From the NCBI GenBank assembly GCA_963762685.1, contig CAVXLV010000006.1, forward strand, positions 167,308-231,307: a DNA stretch of 64,000 nucleotides, in the 5' to 3' direction. Under the pieces are notes generated by a model. It saw only the letters and a list, made by a program, of their open reading frames with translations. It was not told the origin of the DNA and made no database searches. Position 1 is the first letter of the stretch. Every line of letters starts with the position of its first letter. Source of the DNA: an uncultured Verrucomicrobiae bacterium. Lineage in GTDB: Bacteria > Verrucomicrobiota > Verrucomicrobiia > Chthoniobacterales > UBA10450. Positions 9,749-19,590 of this stretch are shown here, in pieces. A program made the translations under genes and the position numbers.

Positions 9749-11087
9749 TGCGAAGACTTCGGATCAAATAAGACACGGTGGCAAGGAGCGGCGGGAGGAT
9801 AATGATTCCGCGCAGCCAAAGCTCCGAATGCCATGGAAGGAGGAAGAGGCGTTCGTTCCAAAACAGAAAATAAGCGAAGAGGGAAACGGATAAAACTTGC
9901 CAAGGCTGCGCCCGGCGCCAGGCAGCGAAGGGCAGAATCCAAGTGAGATACCATGGATGTAAGACCGGAGAGAGGATGAGCGCGAGACCGAGCACCCAGA
10001 GCATGCCGCGTTTCCAATTACGGAAGAAGAGAAGCGAAACGGCGCAGACGGAGATGACGATGACGACGTTGTAGTGATAATTTTTTTGGCGCGGATTTGG
10101 CCAGACGGTTTCTTCGATGATCCACCAAAAAAGATCATTCAAACGCGTGACGTGGGCGAAGCTGCGGAGCGAATCCCAGATGGGGATTTGCGGCCAGCCG
10201 TAAAGCAAACTGAGCGCCGCCGGGAGGGCGAGCGTCAAGGCGAGAACGACGGCTCTTTTGCGCAACGCGAAAACGCAAAGTGGCAGGAGGAGAACCGGAA
10301 TGAGTTTGATCGAAATGGCGAGGCCGAGAAAGGTGGCCGCGCCGACAGAGAAGAGCCATTTGGCGCGCGCGGAGGTGGTCGTCTCGACTCGCGTAAGGCA
10401 GACGATTCCGCCCACCATGGGCAAGACCATGAGGCTGTCGAAGTGCGCGGAGCCAGCAAAGCTGTAAACGACCAGCGGATTCCACGCATACCAGGCGGCG
10501 CTCGCGTAGCGGGAGGCGGAAGGCAAAAGCAGCAAAAGCAGACCGGCGGTGGCGAGGTCGGCGGCTGCGAAAAGAAGTTTGTAGAGGAGCGGATTTTCGG
10601 AGATCGGACTGAGCGCGGCGAAGATCAGTTCGGCCCCAGGCGGATAAATGGCCTGCGAGTGGCGATGATTAATTTTGGACCAATTTGGGAATTGCTCGCG
10701 CAGGTCGGTGAGCGCGGCGTCATCGGGCGCGTGCACGTACGGATTAAAACCCGCGTGCTGAATTTTCCCTTCCCATTGATAGCGCCAGAAGTCGTCTCCC
10801 GGTTCGATCGGGAGCGCGGCCAGCCGGAGCGCGATCGCGATGCCCCAAAAAAGCAGCGCTTGCCGGTGGCGTGAGATCCATTCTGGAAACGCCGAGACCG
10901 CGAGGAGAAAGGCCACGCCGCAGAGCAGACCACAGCCGACGAAGCGGACGGGCATTTCGGCCAACGTCCAGTCGTCGTAAAGATTGAGCGCGGCGCAGAG
11001 CGCGAGCTCCAGCGCGAGATAAAGGAAAAAACGGGCGAGCTGGGCAATGCGCATGAACAGGTCGCGCTTACTCGGTTTCCAGAGCAA
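9714..11087 (-). CDS. GT-C fold membrane glycosyltransferase (DUF2029 / mannosyltransferase-like)
   Basis: 457 aa with about 11 TM segments. The first periplasmic loop reads DDFWRYQWEGKIQHAGFNPYVHAPDD ... AIYPPGAELIFA, typical of polyprenyl-phosphate-sugar dependent GT-C enzymes. The start may be the internal M at 11054. Confidence 0.6.
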   Translation of the reverse strand: MLWKPSKRDLFMRIAQLARFFLYLALELALCAALNLYDDWTLAEMPVRFVGCGLLCGVAFLLAVSAFPEWISRHRQALLFWGIAIALRLAALPIEPGDDFWRYQWEGKIQHAGFNPYVHAPDDAALTDLREQFPNWSKINHRHSQAIYPPGAELIFAALSPISENPLLYKLLFAAADLATAGLLLLLLPSASRYASAAWYAWNPLVVYSFAGSAHFDSLMVLPMVGGIVCLTRVETTTSARAKWLFSVGAATFLGLAISIKLIPVLLLPLCVFALRKRAVVLALTLALPAALSLLYGWPQIPIWDSLRSFAHVTRLNDLFWWIIEETVWPNPRQKNYHYNVVIVISVCAVSLLFFRNWKRGMLWVLGLALILSPVLHPWYLTWILPFAAWRRAQPWQVLSVSLFAYFLFWNERLFLLPWHSELWLRGIIILPPLLATVSYLIRSLRSDDVVQHSLRG

Positions 11088-13659
11088 CGCTCTCGGTGGC
11101 GCTCGGCACGGCGCCGGCGCGTCCGATCCATTGCAGGCCGGCGCGATAGGCAGCGAGATCGACGAGCTCCGCGACGCGCCGTTTCAAGACGCGAGCGCGG
11201 AAGGCGAGGAATCCGAGGAAGACTGCGTAGGCCGCGAGGATCGGGAGATCAATCCGGCCGGTGTTGAGCACGTGATACGTCAGGAGGGTCAGCATCACGA
11301 GGTTGATAATGACCGTGGTCGTCACAAAACGATGGCGCAGTGAAACGCGGGTGAGGCACTTCGGGCCGCCGTGATACTCGGTGACGGTTTGCAGCGCGAT
11401 GCTCCACCAGAAGTTGCCGTAAATTTGGATGTCCCACTTGTTCCAACCGGTGTCGGTGGAAAAGCGCCAACCCTCTTCTTCCAGGAGCGCGAGAATGGAG
11501 GCGAGAAGCTGGTGACGTTCCTTGCCCTCTTCGCTCCAATAACTGCGCCGCGTGAGATTGCCGCGCAAATCGGCGGTGGGCGGCAGCAGTTCGTGCGTTG
11601 AGATCACAGAGCGCGGGGTGCGCTTGAACTGCAGCCAGGTGAAATAGCGCGACCAACCGCGCACGAGCGGCTGCGCCACGGCCAGCGCCATGACGAGGAG
11701 ACGCGCCGCGATGGTGTCGTATTTCGGCTCCACCCGCGCCCGCATCATGTAGGAAAGCGCGACGCAAAGAGTGCCGCCGAACATCAGATACGGCACGATC
11801 CGCACCTCGGGCACAAAGATGCCGATCCCGAAAAGAAAAACAGTCAGCGCGAACCATTCCACGCTGCTCAGGTAGCTGGCGATTTCTGACTGCGGCGTGG
11901 GGTAGATGGACTGGAACAAGCCTTCACCGAAGACGCCGTGATAAACGATCGGCCGGTTAATGAACCAACTGAAACGCGGTGTGCCGTAGATTTGGCCGCG
12001 CCATTTCGCGCTCCCGGTCGGGCCGAAAAAGATGAGATGCTTGAAACGCAAAAGCGATTCCGCTTCGCCATATCCTTCCTGCTGTTTGCGGAACGCGGTG
12101 AGCGTGAAGCGCCGGTAATGCCAGACGATGGCGGTGGGGCTGAAAGCGATTTGATGCCCGGCCTGCTGGATGCGCCAGCAGAAATCCACATCGTCGCCCG
12201 CTTTGTGATATTCCACATCGAAGCCGCCCACGTTTTCGAAAGCCCAGCGATACCACGCCATGTTACAACCCGGAATGTGCTCGGCGATGGTGTCGGTCAG
12301 GAGAACGTGGCTGGGACCGCCCGGTGCAGCCGCCACGCAGGCCTGAACCCAATTCTCCGCCGGGGGCGAAATGTTGGGCCCGCCCACGCCGGCGTAGTCG
12401 CCACTCAGGAGCGTGCCGATGAGGTAGCGGAGCCAATCCTTATCCGCCATGCAATCGGAATCCGTGTAGGCAAAAACTTCGCCGCGCGCCGCCGCGGCAC
12501 CGGTGTTGCGCGCATGGCTGAGGCCGTGATTCGTTTGCTGGAGGTAGCGGATTTGCGGAAAGCGGGCCGCGATCTCCGCGGTCTCATCCGTCGAGCCATC
12601 ATCCACCAGGATGACTTCGTAAGCTGGATAATCGATTTGCCCTAACGACTGGAGACACGCGGCCAAAGTCTTCGCGCCATTGTAAGAACAGACGATGACA
12701 GAGACGAACGGAGGATCGACCAGCGCCGGATGGGGAAGCTCGGCGTTGTTCTGTCCCAGCTTGTCGTGCAAGCGGTGGAAGACTTTCTTCGGTGTCCGAT
12801 CGCGCGTGACGAGGCCGAAAGCCCAGTCCGTGATCTCTTGCTCACCGGTAAACCATTCGTCCGTCCAGGCGAAGAAGATGGTGCCGGCTAAACCGCAGCG
12901 CGCCACGCTCTCCACATGCCAGCCGAGCATTTCGGCCTGCTCGTCTTCCGAGTGGCGAATGGTGTCCATGCCGAACTCGCCCAGCATGAGCGGCCGATCT
13001 TCGGCCAGGTTTTGCAGGCGCAAAAGGTAGCGCTCGAACTCATCTTGATGATGCAGGTAAACGTTAAAGCAGAGGAAATCGACGTTCTGCGGGAGGAGAA
13101 ATTCCGTCGGGGGAAAACTCGCGTAGGAGAAGAGGACGTCCGGATTGGCCGCGCGCGCCACCCGGATGAGATGCTCGAGAAACTCGGTGACGCGTCGCAC
13201 CCCGAGCCAGCGCACCATGGTGCTGGAGATTTCGTTGCCGACGAGGTAGCCGAAAATAGCAGGGTGCCCAGCGTGCTCAGCGACCGCGCTGCGGACCGAT
13301 GCCACGATTTCGTCTCGCGCTTTTTTCTCGCGCAGAAATTCGATGTGTTTCGCCCATGGCAGAGTGATCAGGACTCGCATCCCGCCGGCGGCGCAGCGAT
13401 CGAGAAACCAGAGCGGGGGAGAATGGTAAATGCGGAGGAGATTGATCCCGAGGCTGCGCATTTGCGCGAGGTCACGGTCGAGCTGGTCGGGCGTTCCAAG
13501 ATAATAGCCAGCGCGATCCGGCCGGAAGGGACCGTAGGTGACGCCCTTGACGTAGAATTTTTCGGCGCCCTCGAAGAAGAATTTGGCCACGGCGCGGACG
13601 CGCCCCAGCGGAGGGGAAGTCACAGCCGGTTTTCTAGTGCAAGCGCCGGATGGACGCAA
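11068..13659 (-). CDS. fusion protein: N-terminal glycoside-hydrolase-like TIM barrel + family 2 glycosyltransferase + C-terminal membrane domain
   Basis: 863 aa and intact. N-terminal part: FFFEGAEKFYVKGVTYGPFRPD, GINLLRIYH, GNEISS, LGEFGMD. GT2 part: VSVIVCSYNGAKTLAACLQSL, VILVDDGSTDET, TDSDC. The C-terminus has 6 or more TM helices. Confidence 0.7.
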   Translation of the reverse strand: MRPSGACTRKPAVTSPPLGRVRAVAKFFFEGAEKFYVKGVTYGPFRPDRAGYYLGTPDQLDRDLAQMRSLGINLLRIYHSPPLWFLDRCAAGGMRVLITLPWAKHIEFLREKKARDEIVASVRSAVAEHAGHPAIFGYLVGNEISSTMVRWLGVRRVTEFLEHLIRVARAANPDVLFSYASFPPTEFLLPQNVDFLCFNVYLHHQDEFERYLLRLQNLAEDRPLMLGEFGMDTIRHSEDEQAEMLGWHVESVARCGLAGTIFFAWTDEWFTGEQEITDWAFGLVTRDRTPKKVFHRLHDKLGQNNAELPHPALVDPPFVSVIVCSYNGAKTLAACLQSLGQIDYPAYEVILVDDGSTDETAEIAARFPQIRYLQQTNHGLSHARNTGAAAARGEVFAYTDSDCMADKDWLRYLIGTLLSGDYAGVGGPNISPPAENWVQACVAAAPGGPSHVLLTDTIAEHIPGCNMAWYRWAFENVGGFDVEYHKAGDDVDFCWRIQQAGHQIAFSPTAIVWHYRRFTLTAFRKQQEGYGEAESLLRFKHLIFFGPTGSAKWRGQIYGTPRFSWFINRPIVYHGVFGEGLFQSIYPTPQSEIASYLSSVEWFALTVFLFGIGIFVPEVRIVPYLMFGGTLCVALSYMMRARVEPKYDTIAARLLVMALAVAQPLVRGWSRYFTWLQFKRTPRSVISTHELLPPTADLRGNLTRRSYWSEEGKERHQLLASILALLEEEGWRFSTDTGWNKWDIQIYGNFWWSIALQTVTEYHGGPKCLTRVSLRHRFVTTTVIINLVMLTLLTYHVLNTGRIDLPILAAYAVFLGFLAFRARVLKRRVAELVDLAAYRAGLQWIGRAGAVPSATESVALETE

Positions 13660-13689
13660 AGGTTTTGCATGTGAAGGCGTTAGGCCGCT

Positions 13690-14980
13690 TCAGCTTTTGG
13701 CGGCCGCGGATATCGCTTCCGCAACGACTTCGCCCGTGCGCGCGAGGTCGGCGAGCGTGTGCGCAGTGGAGAGAAACCCGGTCTCGAACTGCGAGGGCGC
13801 GAAGTAGATTCCGCGGTCCAGGCATGAGCGAAAGAAACGCGCGAAAGCCGCGCGATCACTGCGCTTCGCGGACGCCAGGTCGGTGACGGGTCCAGCGGTG
13901 AAGAAGAGGCAAAACATGGAACCGATGCGATGAAACGTCAGCGGTTGGCTCGTTCGGCGCATGATCTCCCGCGTCGCCGCTTCGAGTTGAGCGCCCAAGG
14001 TTTCCAGCATGCTCCAGCCATCAATTCGCTCAAGCTCGCGCAATTGAGCCAGGCCAGCCGCCATGGCGAGCGGGATTCCCGGAAAGCGTGCCTGCCTGAT
14101 AAACCGGACCGTCTGGCGAAAGGAAATCCATGATCTCGGCCCGGCCGCCAAACGCACCCACCGGCAGCCCGCCACCGATCACTTTCCCGAGCGCAGTCAG
14201 GTCCGGTCGCACGCCATAAATTTCCTGTGCGCCACCACGCGCGACGCGAAAGCCAGTCATGACTTCGTCGAAAATGAGCAGGGCGCCGTGGCGGGTGCAT
14301 TCGTCACGCAGTTCCTGCAGGAAATTTTCCTCAGGGAGATAAAGGCCGGCGTTCGCCGGGATAGGCTCGAGGATGATGGCGGCGATCGATTTTCCATTTT
14401 CGCGCAATGCAGCCCGCACGGCTGCGATGTCATTAAACGGCAGCGAGATGGTGAGCTCAGCAAACGCCGCGGGCACGCCCGCGCTGTCTGGACTGCCGTG
14501 GGTCAACGCGCCGCTGCCTGCATTCACGAGCAACGAATCGACGTGGCCGTGATAGCAGCCTTCAAATTTGATGATTTTATCGCGCCCGGTAAAGCCACGC
14601 GCGAGGCGTACGCAGGACATGGTGGCTTCCGTGCCGCTATTGACCATTCGCACTTTCTCGATCGAGGGGACCCAGCGGCAGATCAGTTCCGCCATTTCCA
14701 CTTCGAGCGGATTGGGAATTCCGAAACTCACCCCGCGCGTGGCCGCGGCCTGCACCGCCTCGACGACGACTTTTGGAGCGTGACCCAAAATCGCCGGCCC
14801 CCAAGTCCCGACGTAATCGATGTATTCCTTGCCGTCGACATCCCAAAGATGCGCACCTTCCGCGCGTTCCACGAAAAACGGTTCGCGATCCAAACCGCGG
14901 AAAGCACGAACTGGAGAATTGACGCCGCCCGGGATGCGTTGACGGGCGGCGGCGAAGAGTTCGGCGGAGCGAGATGACAT
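13690..14980 (-). pseudogene. hemL: glutamate-1-semialdehyde 2,1-aminomutase HemL, one +1 frameshift in a G/C run
   Basis: N-terminal piece (start ATG at 14980): [25 protein letters not shown]...EGCYHGH...DEVMTGFR...[11 protein letters not shown]-terminal piece (13690..14175): [11 protein letters not shown]...GIYFAPSQFETGFLSTAHT. On the reverse strand, the join reads gggaatcccgctcgccatg where gggaatccgctcgccatg would give GNPLAMA, so there is an extra base in the run at 14072-14074. The span is 1291 nt, which is 3n+1. Confidence 0.9.
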
Positions 14981-15042
14981 TGAAACGGAGGAACGTCCGA
15001 CGTCCGATGCCGAACGTCCAACGTTGAATCCGGGCGCACGCG

Positions 15043-15071
15043 TTGACAGTTTCTCGTGCCGCCCATACGCT
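15043..15071 (+). promoter_or_regulatory. candidate sigma70-type promoter of tRNA-Cys
   Basis: Perfect -35 TTGACA (15043-15048), a 17-nt spacer, and -10 TACGCT (15066-15071), ending 14 nt before the mature tRNA-Cys 5' end. Confidence 0.45.
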
Positions 15072-15085
15072 CCGGTCGCGCAAAG

Positions 15086-15157
15086 GGCGGGGTAGCCAAG
15101 TGGTAAGGTCGGGGTCTGCAAAACCTCTATTCGCGGGTTCGATTCCCGCCCCCGCCT
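15086..15157 (+). tRNA. tRNA-Cys (anticodon GCA)
   Basis: GGCGGGG-TA-GCCAAGTGGTAAGGT-C-GGGGT-CTGCAAA-ACCTC-TATTC-GCGGG-TTCGATT-CCCGC-CCCCGCC-T. The anticodon loop is CU-GCA-AA, and no CCA is encoded. Confidence 0.9.
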
Positions 15158-15229
15158 CGTTCGCGCCGACAGCCTGACCCCACCGCGAGTGGCTGCTGGC
15201 GCTGGCTCGCCTTCTGCTCAGACAAAGGG

Positions 15230-16133
15230 ATGCGTCGCTCCTGCTACTGCGCGGTCTTCTTCTTTAGTTTCACGGTTATGGCGCTGGGTAAATTGGTGCC
15301 GCTGACGGTGAAGGAAGTCAGTTTGATGTTGCGCAGCGGCTATTCGGTCGCCGCGGTGGAGAGCGACCTTGCGGCCCGGCACTTCGTCGGCCTCATCGAT
15401 GCCGCGGCCGAAAAGCAGTTGCGTGAAGTGGGAGCCTCGCCGGCTCTGATCGCGAGCTTGAAGAGCGAACGCTTCGCTCTGCCGCCGCAGGAGGTTCGTG
15501 GCCGTGCAGAAGGAGATGGAAACGATCGCGCGGCAGCGAGCTGAAATGGCAGCCGACGCGAAAAAATCGAACACGCTTTATCAAGATAAGGTGAACCGCG
15601 AGCGCGCGGCGGCCACGGCGGCTACGGCAGCAGCGCAGGTCTCCGGGCACGTGCTGGCTAAAACGGTGCAAGGCGACCTCATCACTTTCAAAGACGGTGC
15701 AGCGCAGGCTTTCGATGATCGGCTGCTCGATCGCAAAAAATTGATCGCCCTCTATTTCTCGGCCGGATGGTGCGGGCCTTGTCGTAAGTTTACCCCGGAC
15801 CTCGTCGCGTATTACCAGCGCATCGCGGAGGCACATCCGGAGTTTGAGATCATTTTTGTCAGCAACGATCGGTCGGCGACCGCAATGCAGAAATACATGC
15901 GCGACATGAAGATGCCGTGGCCGGCGGTTCAATTCGAGAAGATCGCCGCGCACGAAGATTTGCGGCAATTCTCCGGGACGGGCATCCCTTGCCTCGTCCT
16001 GGTGGACGCGCAGGGAAAAGTGCTTTCCCACAGCTACGCCGGGACGACCTATCGCGGTCCGCAAGCGGTCCTGGATGATCTGGATAAACTTTTCGCCGGC
16101 ACCGCGGCCGCGTCCGTGGCGCAGGCTCGCTAG
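15230..16133 (+). pseudogene. secreted thioredoxin-like (TlpA/nucleoredoxin-like) protein, probably one +1 frameshift
   Basis: 15230..15544 has a signal-like N-terminus and a small domain. 15498..16133 has a coiled segment and a thioredoxin fold: LIALYFSAGWCGPCRKFTP, FEIIFVSNDRS, GIPCLVLVDAQGKVL. The frames overlap at 15490-15500 and the span is 904 nt (3n+1). Two separate overlapping genes cannot be excluded. Confidence 0.6.
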
Positions 16134-16142
16134 CGGATTGCC

Positions 16143-18031
16143 TCAGGCGTCCGCGCGGGCTGCGGCGGCTAATTTCTCCAGCTCTTCCCAGCGCTTATAG
16201 AGAAGAACCACCCGCTGCCGCGCGCCCGCGAGTTTGGTCTCCAGTGCGGTCCATTCTTCTTTCGGGCGGAGGAACAAATCGGGATCGGCAAACGCCGTCT
16301 CCAGCCGCGCGGCTTCGTTCTCGGCGGTCAAGATGTCGGCCTCGATCGTTTCCAACTCGCGCGCTTCCTTATATTTCAATTTCCGCGGCTTTTGCGCCGC
16401 CGTGGCCGGGGACTGATTCGTCTTCGCGCCTGGAGTTCCGGTCGCAGGCGTCGCGCGCATTTCCAGGTAGCGATCGTAATTGCCGACATGATACCGCACC
16501 GAGCCGTCCTCCTCGAAAGCGAGAATGGACGTGCAGACGCGATTCAGAAAATAGCGATCGTGACTAACGACCAGGACGCATCCGCCGAAGGCCACGAGCG
16601 CTTCCTCGAGCAGACGCAGTGTTCCGAGATCGAGATCGTTTGTCGGCTCGTCGAGCATGAGGACGTTGCCGCCGCGCTTCAGGATTTTGGCCAATAAAAC
16701 GCGGCTGCGTTCTCCACCGCTCAACTGCGAGATGCGGGTGTTGATGCGGTCTTCGCTGAAGAGAAAGCGTCGCAGATACCCGCGGAGCGTGATCGTTTCC
16801 TCGCCGAGTTTCACCGCCTCGCTGCCGTCGCTCACTTCGTCCCAAACCGTCTTTTCCTCATCGAGCAGCATGCGGTTTTGATCGACGTAATTGATCTCGG
16901 TGCGCGCACCAATTTCGACCTCGCCCTGCGCCGGTTCCAGCTGACCGAGCATGAGCTTGAGCAACGAGGATTTCCCGAGACCATTCCGCCCGACAATGCC
17001 GAGCCGTTCGCCGTGTTGCAGCTGCAGGCTCAGGTTGCGAAACAAAGTGCGGCCCGCCATGTCCAGCGTCACATCGCGCAGCTCGATCACGCGATTCGCC
17101 AGCTTCGGCGCAGGCGGGATGATCAGATCGACGTCGAGTTCCGGTTCGGGCGCTTCCTGCGCCGCGAGTTCGAAGTAGCGATCGATGCGATCGACCGACT
17201 TCGTCCGACGCGCGCGCGGCCCGCGGCGCACCCATTCCAATTCACGTTTCAGGAACTTCTGCCGCTTCTTTTCCTGCATCTCCTCGACGGAGAGGCGTTG
17301 CGCCCGCGCGAGCAGGTAGTCGGTGTAGGTGCCCTCATAGTTGGCAAACTGACCGCGCGAGAGTTCCACGATGCGAGTAGCGACGCGATCGAGGAAATAG
17401 CGATCGTGCGTCACGAAGAGGCAGGTCCCGGAGTAGCGCGCAAGGAAATCTTCCAGCCATTCGATCGAGCCGGTGTCGAGATGGTTGGTCGGTTCATCGA
17501 AAAGAGAAAATCCGGGCGCGGAAGAAGTGCGCGACACAGCGCTACGCGGCGCTTCTCTCCACCGGAAAGCGTGCCGACGATCCGCTCCTCATCCGGCGCG
17601 TGCAGGTTGGTGATGAGTGACTTGACCCGATGTTCCAAACTCCAGCCGTCGGCGTGCTGGATTTGCTCGAGCAACAACCCGCTCTGCGCGCTCTCCGGCG
17701 GCGTATTCTCGTACTCGTCGAGCAGGTCGAGAATGCGTTGCGCGCCGCTCATGATGTTCGCGTGGACGGTGCGGCTGTCATCCAGATCGAACACCTGCGG
17801 CATGTAGCCGCTCACCAAATCGCGCCGCAACGCGACATCGCCCGAGTCCGGCTGCGTCGCGCCCGCGGCGATCTGGAGAAAGGTGGACTTGCCGGAACCG
17901 TTGCGACCGACGAGGCCGACGCGTTCGCCTTCCAGGATGGTCAGCGTGGCGCCATCGAGCACCGTCTGCGTGCCATGGCGGACGACGAGATTATTGACAC
18001 TGGCGACGGCAATTTTGACGGCTTCGGACAT
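16143..18031 (-). pseudogene. ABC-F family ATPase (Uup/EttA-like, two ABC domains + C-terminal coiled coil), one -1 frameshift
   Basis: N-terminal piece (start 18031): GLVGRNGSGKSTFLQ, LSGGEKRRVALCRALL. C-terminal piece: LFDEPTNHLD, GIVGRNGLGKSSLLK, LSGGERSRVLLAKIL, LMLDEPTNDLD. The join lies in an A/T run at 17500-17503. The span is 1889 nt, which is 3n+2. Confidence 0.85.
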
Positions 18032-18045
18032 AGAATTCGTGTCGG

Positions 18046-19576
18046 CTAATCTGACGCAGCGGAGCCATTTCCTTCGTCGAGGTATTCCGTTTCTCCCACT
18101 TTGGAGACGCGCAGATATTGGCGCCATTTTCCGGCGGTCGCCTCCTCCGTGTTCGTGGAAACGCTGGCAGCGTTCTCCGAGAACGCTTCCGTGAGGACTC
18201 TGCCATCCAGCGTGTGCTCCGTCTTTAATCCCAGCAGATGCATCATCGACGCAGCCACATCGAGGTTACTGGACGGCAAATCGCTCTGCACTCCCACGCG
18301 GAAATCGGGCCCCGCCGCGAGCAAAAGATTATGCACATCGAAAGGACTGAGCGTGCCGTGTGTGCCCTTTGCGTCACCCTTCCCATTCGCGTCGATCATG
18401 CCGGCGGCGCCATGATCATTGCGTCGCTCGCTCCAGCGGAAAGACATCACCACATCCGGGCCTCCTGGCTTTTCCAGATGGACGCGCGTCGAGCGGGAAC
18501 GTGCCCGCGCTGGTCGCGCGCGAAAATATTACCCCGGTGAAATCTTGAGTCTGCAACCAACGGACCAAACGCGCATTCATCTCCGCCTCGTGATTTTCGA
18601 TGTAGAAAAAGATCGACCCGCCATTTCCGACCACGCGGATGGCTCCCGCTTCCTTCGCGTTCCGCTCTCCGTCCACGATTGGAAAACCATCGGCCGCGAG
18701 CAGGCCGGCTAAATTGAAAGGGCGGGCAATGGTGGAGAAGCCGTGGTCCGAAGCGATGAGGATATCGGTTTGCTCGCGGACGCCTTTTGCCGCCAGCGCT
18801 TTGAGCACTACCGCCAGGTTTGCATCGGACGATTTGATCGCAGCCAACGCCTTCTCGCTCCCCGGCGCCTCCGCGTGCGCAGATCGATCCGGTTCTCCCA
18901 TCCAGAGCACGGAAAATTCCGGCACGCCGTCTTTCCACAGCACCTCAGTCAGCGCGCGCGTCGTCCAGGCATCTTCCGTCACGCTCGGCAATTCGTTTGT
19001 CTTTGGATAACGACCCAGCAGTTTCTCGATCTCGCCCTGAGCCTCCGCCGGCAGCGCGATTCCTTCCACCAGCGTGACCGATTTCCCTTTCCGCCCCTCG
19101 CTCTTCCGATCGAATAGCAGGGGAGCGCTTTTGGTTCCCGCGATGGCAGTGGTGCCTCCGCGCGCCTGCACCAGTTCAGCGATCGTCGGCACGCCCAGGA
19201 AATGGCCGCCGCTCGACTTGTCCTTCGCGTGAATTACCTCGGCGCCGTCGATGCGGGCGGGCTTATTTTTGGCGGTTTCGGGAAGATACTCGTAGTTGCC
19301 AATGGGTCCGCTCCGGCTGGGATGAACACCCGTCGCCAGCGCCGCCGCGTTCACGGTGGTCAGGGTGGGATAAATCGAGTGGTGCCGCTGAAACGTCACG
19401 CCCTCCTGCGCCAACGCCCAAAGCGTGGGCGCATTTTCCTTGGTGGCGAAATCCGGCCGCATGCCATCCCAAACCACCAGGACCACGTGGGCGGCCCGGC
19501 CATGCGCAGGCTCGCCGGAAACCCGTGCGGAGGCGGTCGCAGCCAACAGCGCGCAAAAAGCGAGGCGCGCGATCAT
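18046..19576 (-). pseudogene. secreted alkaline-phosphatase-superfamily nucleotide pyrophosphatase/phosphodiesterase (NPP), one +1 frameshift
   Basis: Signal peptide MIARLAFCALLAATASA. Motifs: VVLVVWDGMRPDF, YPTLTTVNAAALATGVHPSRSG, ASDHGFS. The C-terminal part continues in ORF 18046..18453 (DVVMSFRWSERRNDHGAAGMID...GTHGTLSPFDVHN). The join lies in the T run at 18470-18473. The span is 1531 nt, which is 3n+1. Confidence 0.8.
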
Positions 19577-19590
19577 GATGCGCCCACCAC

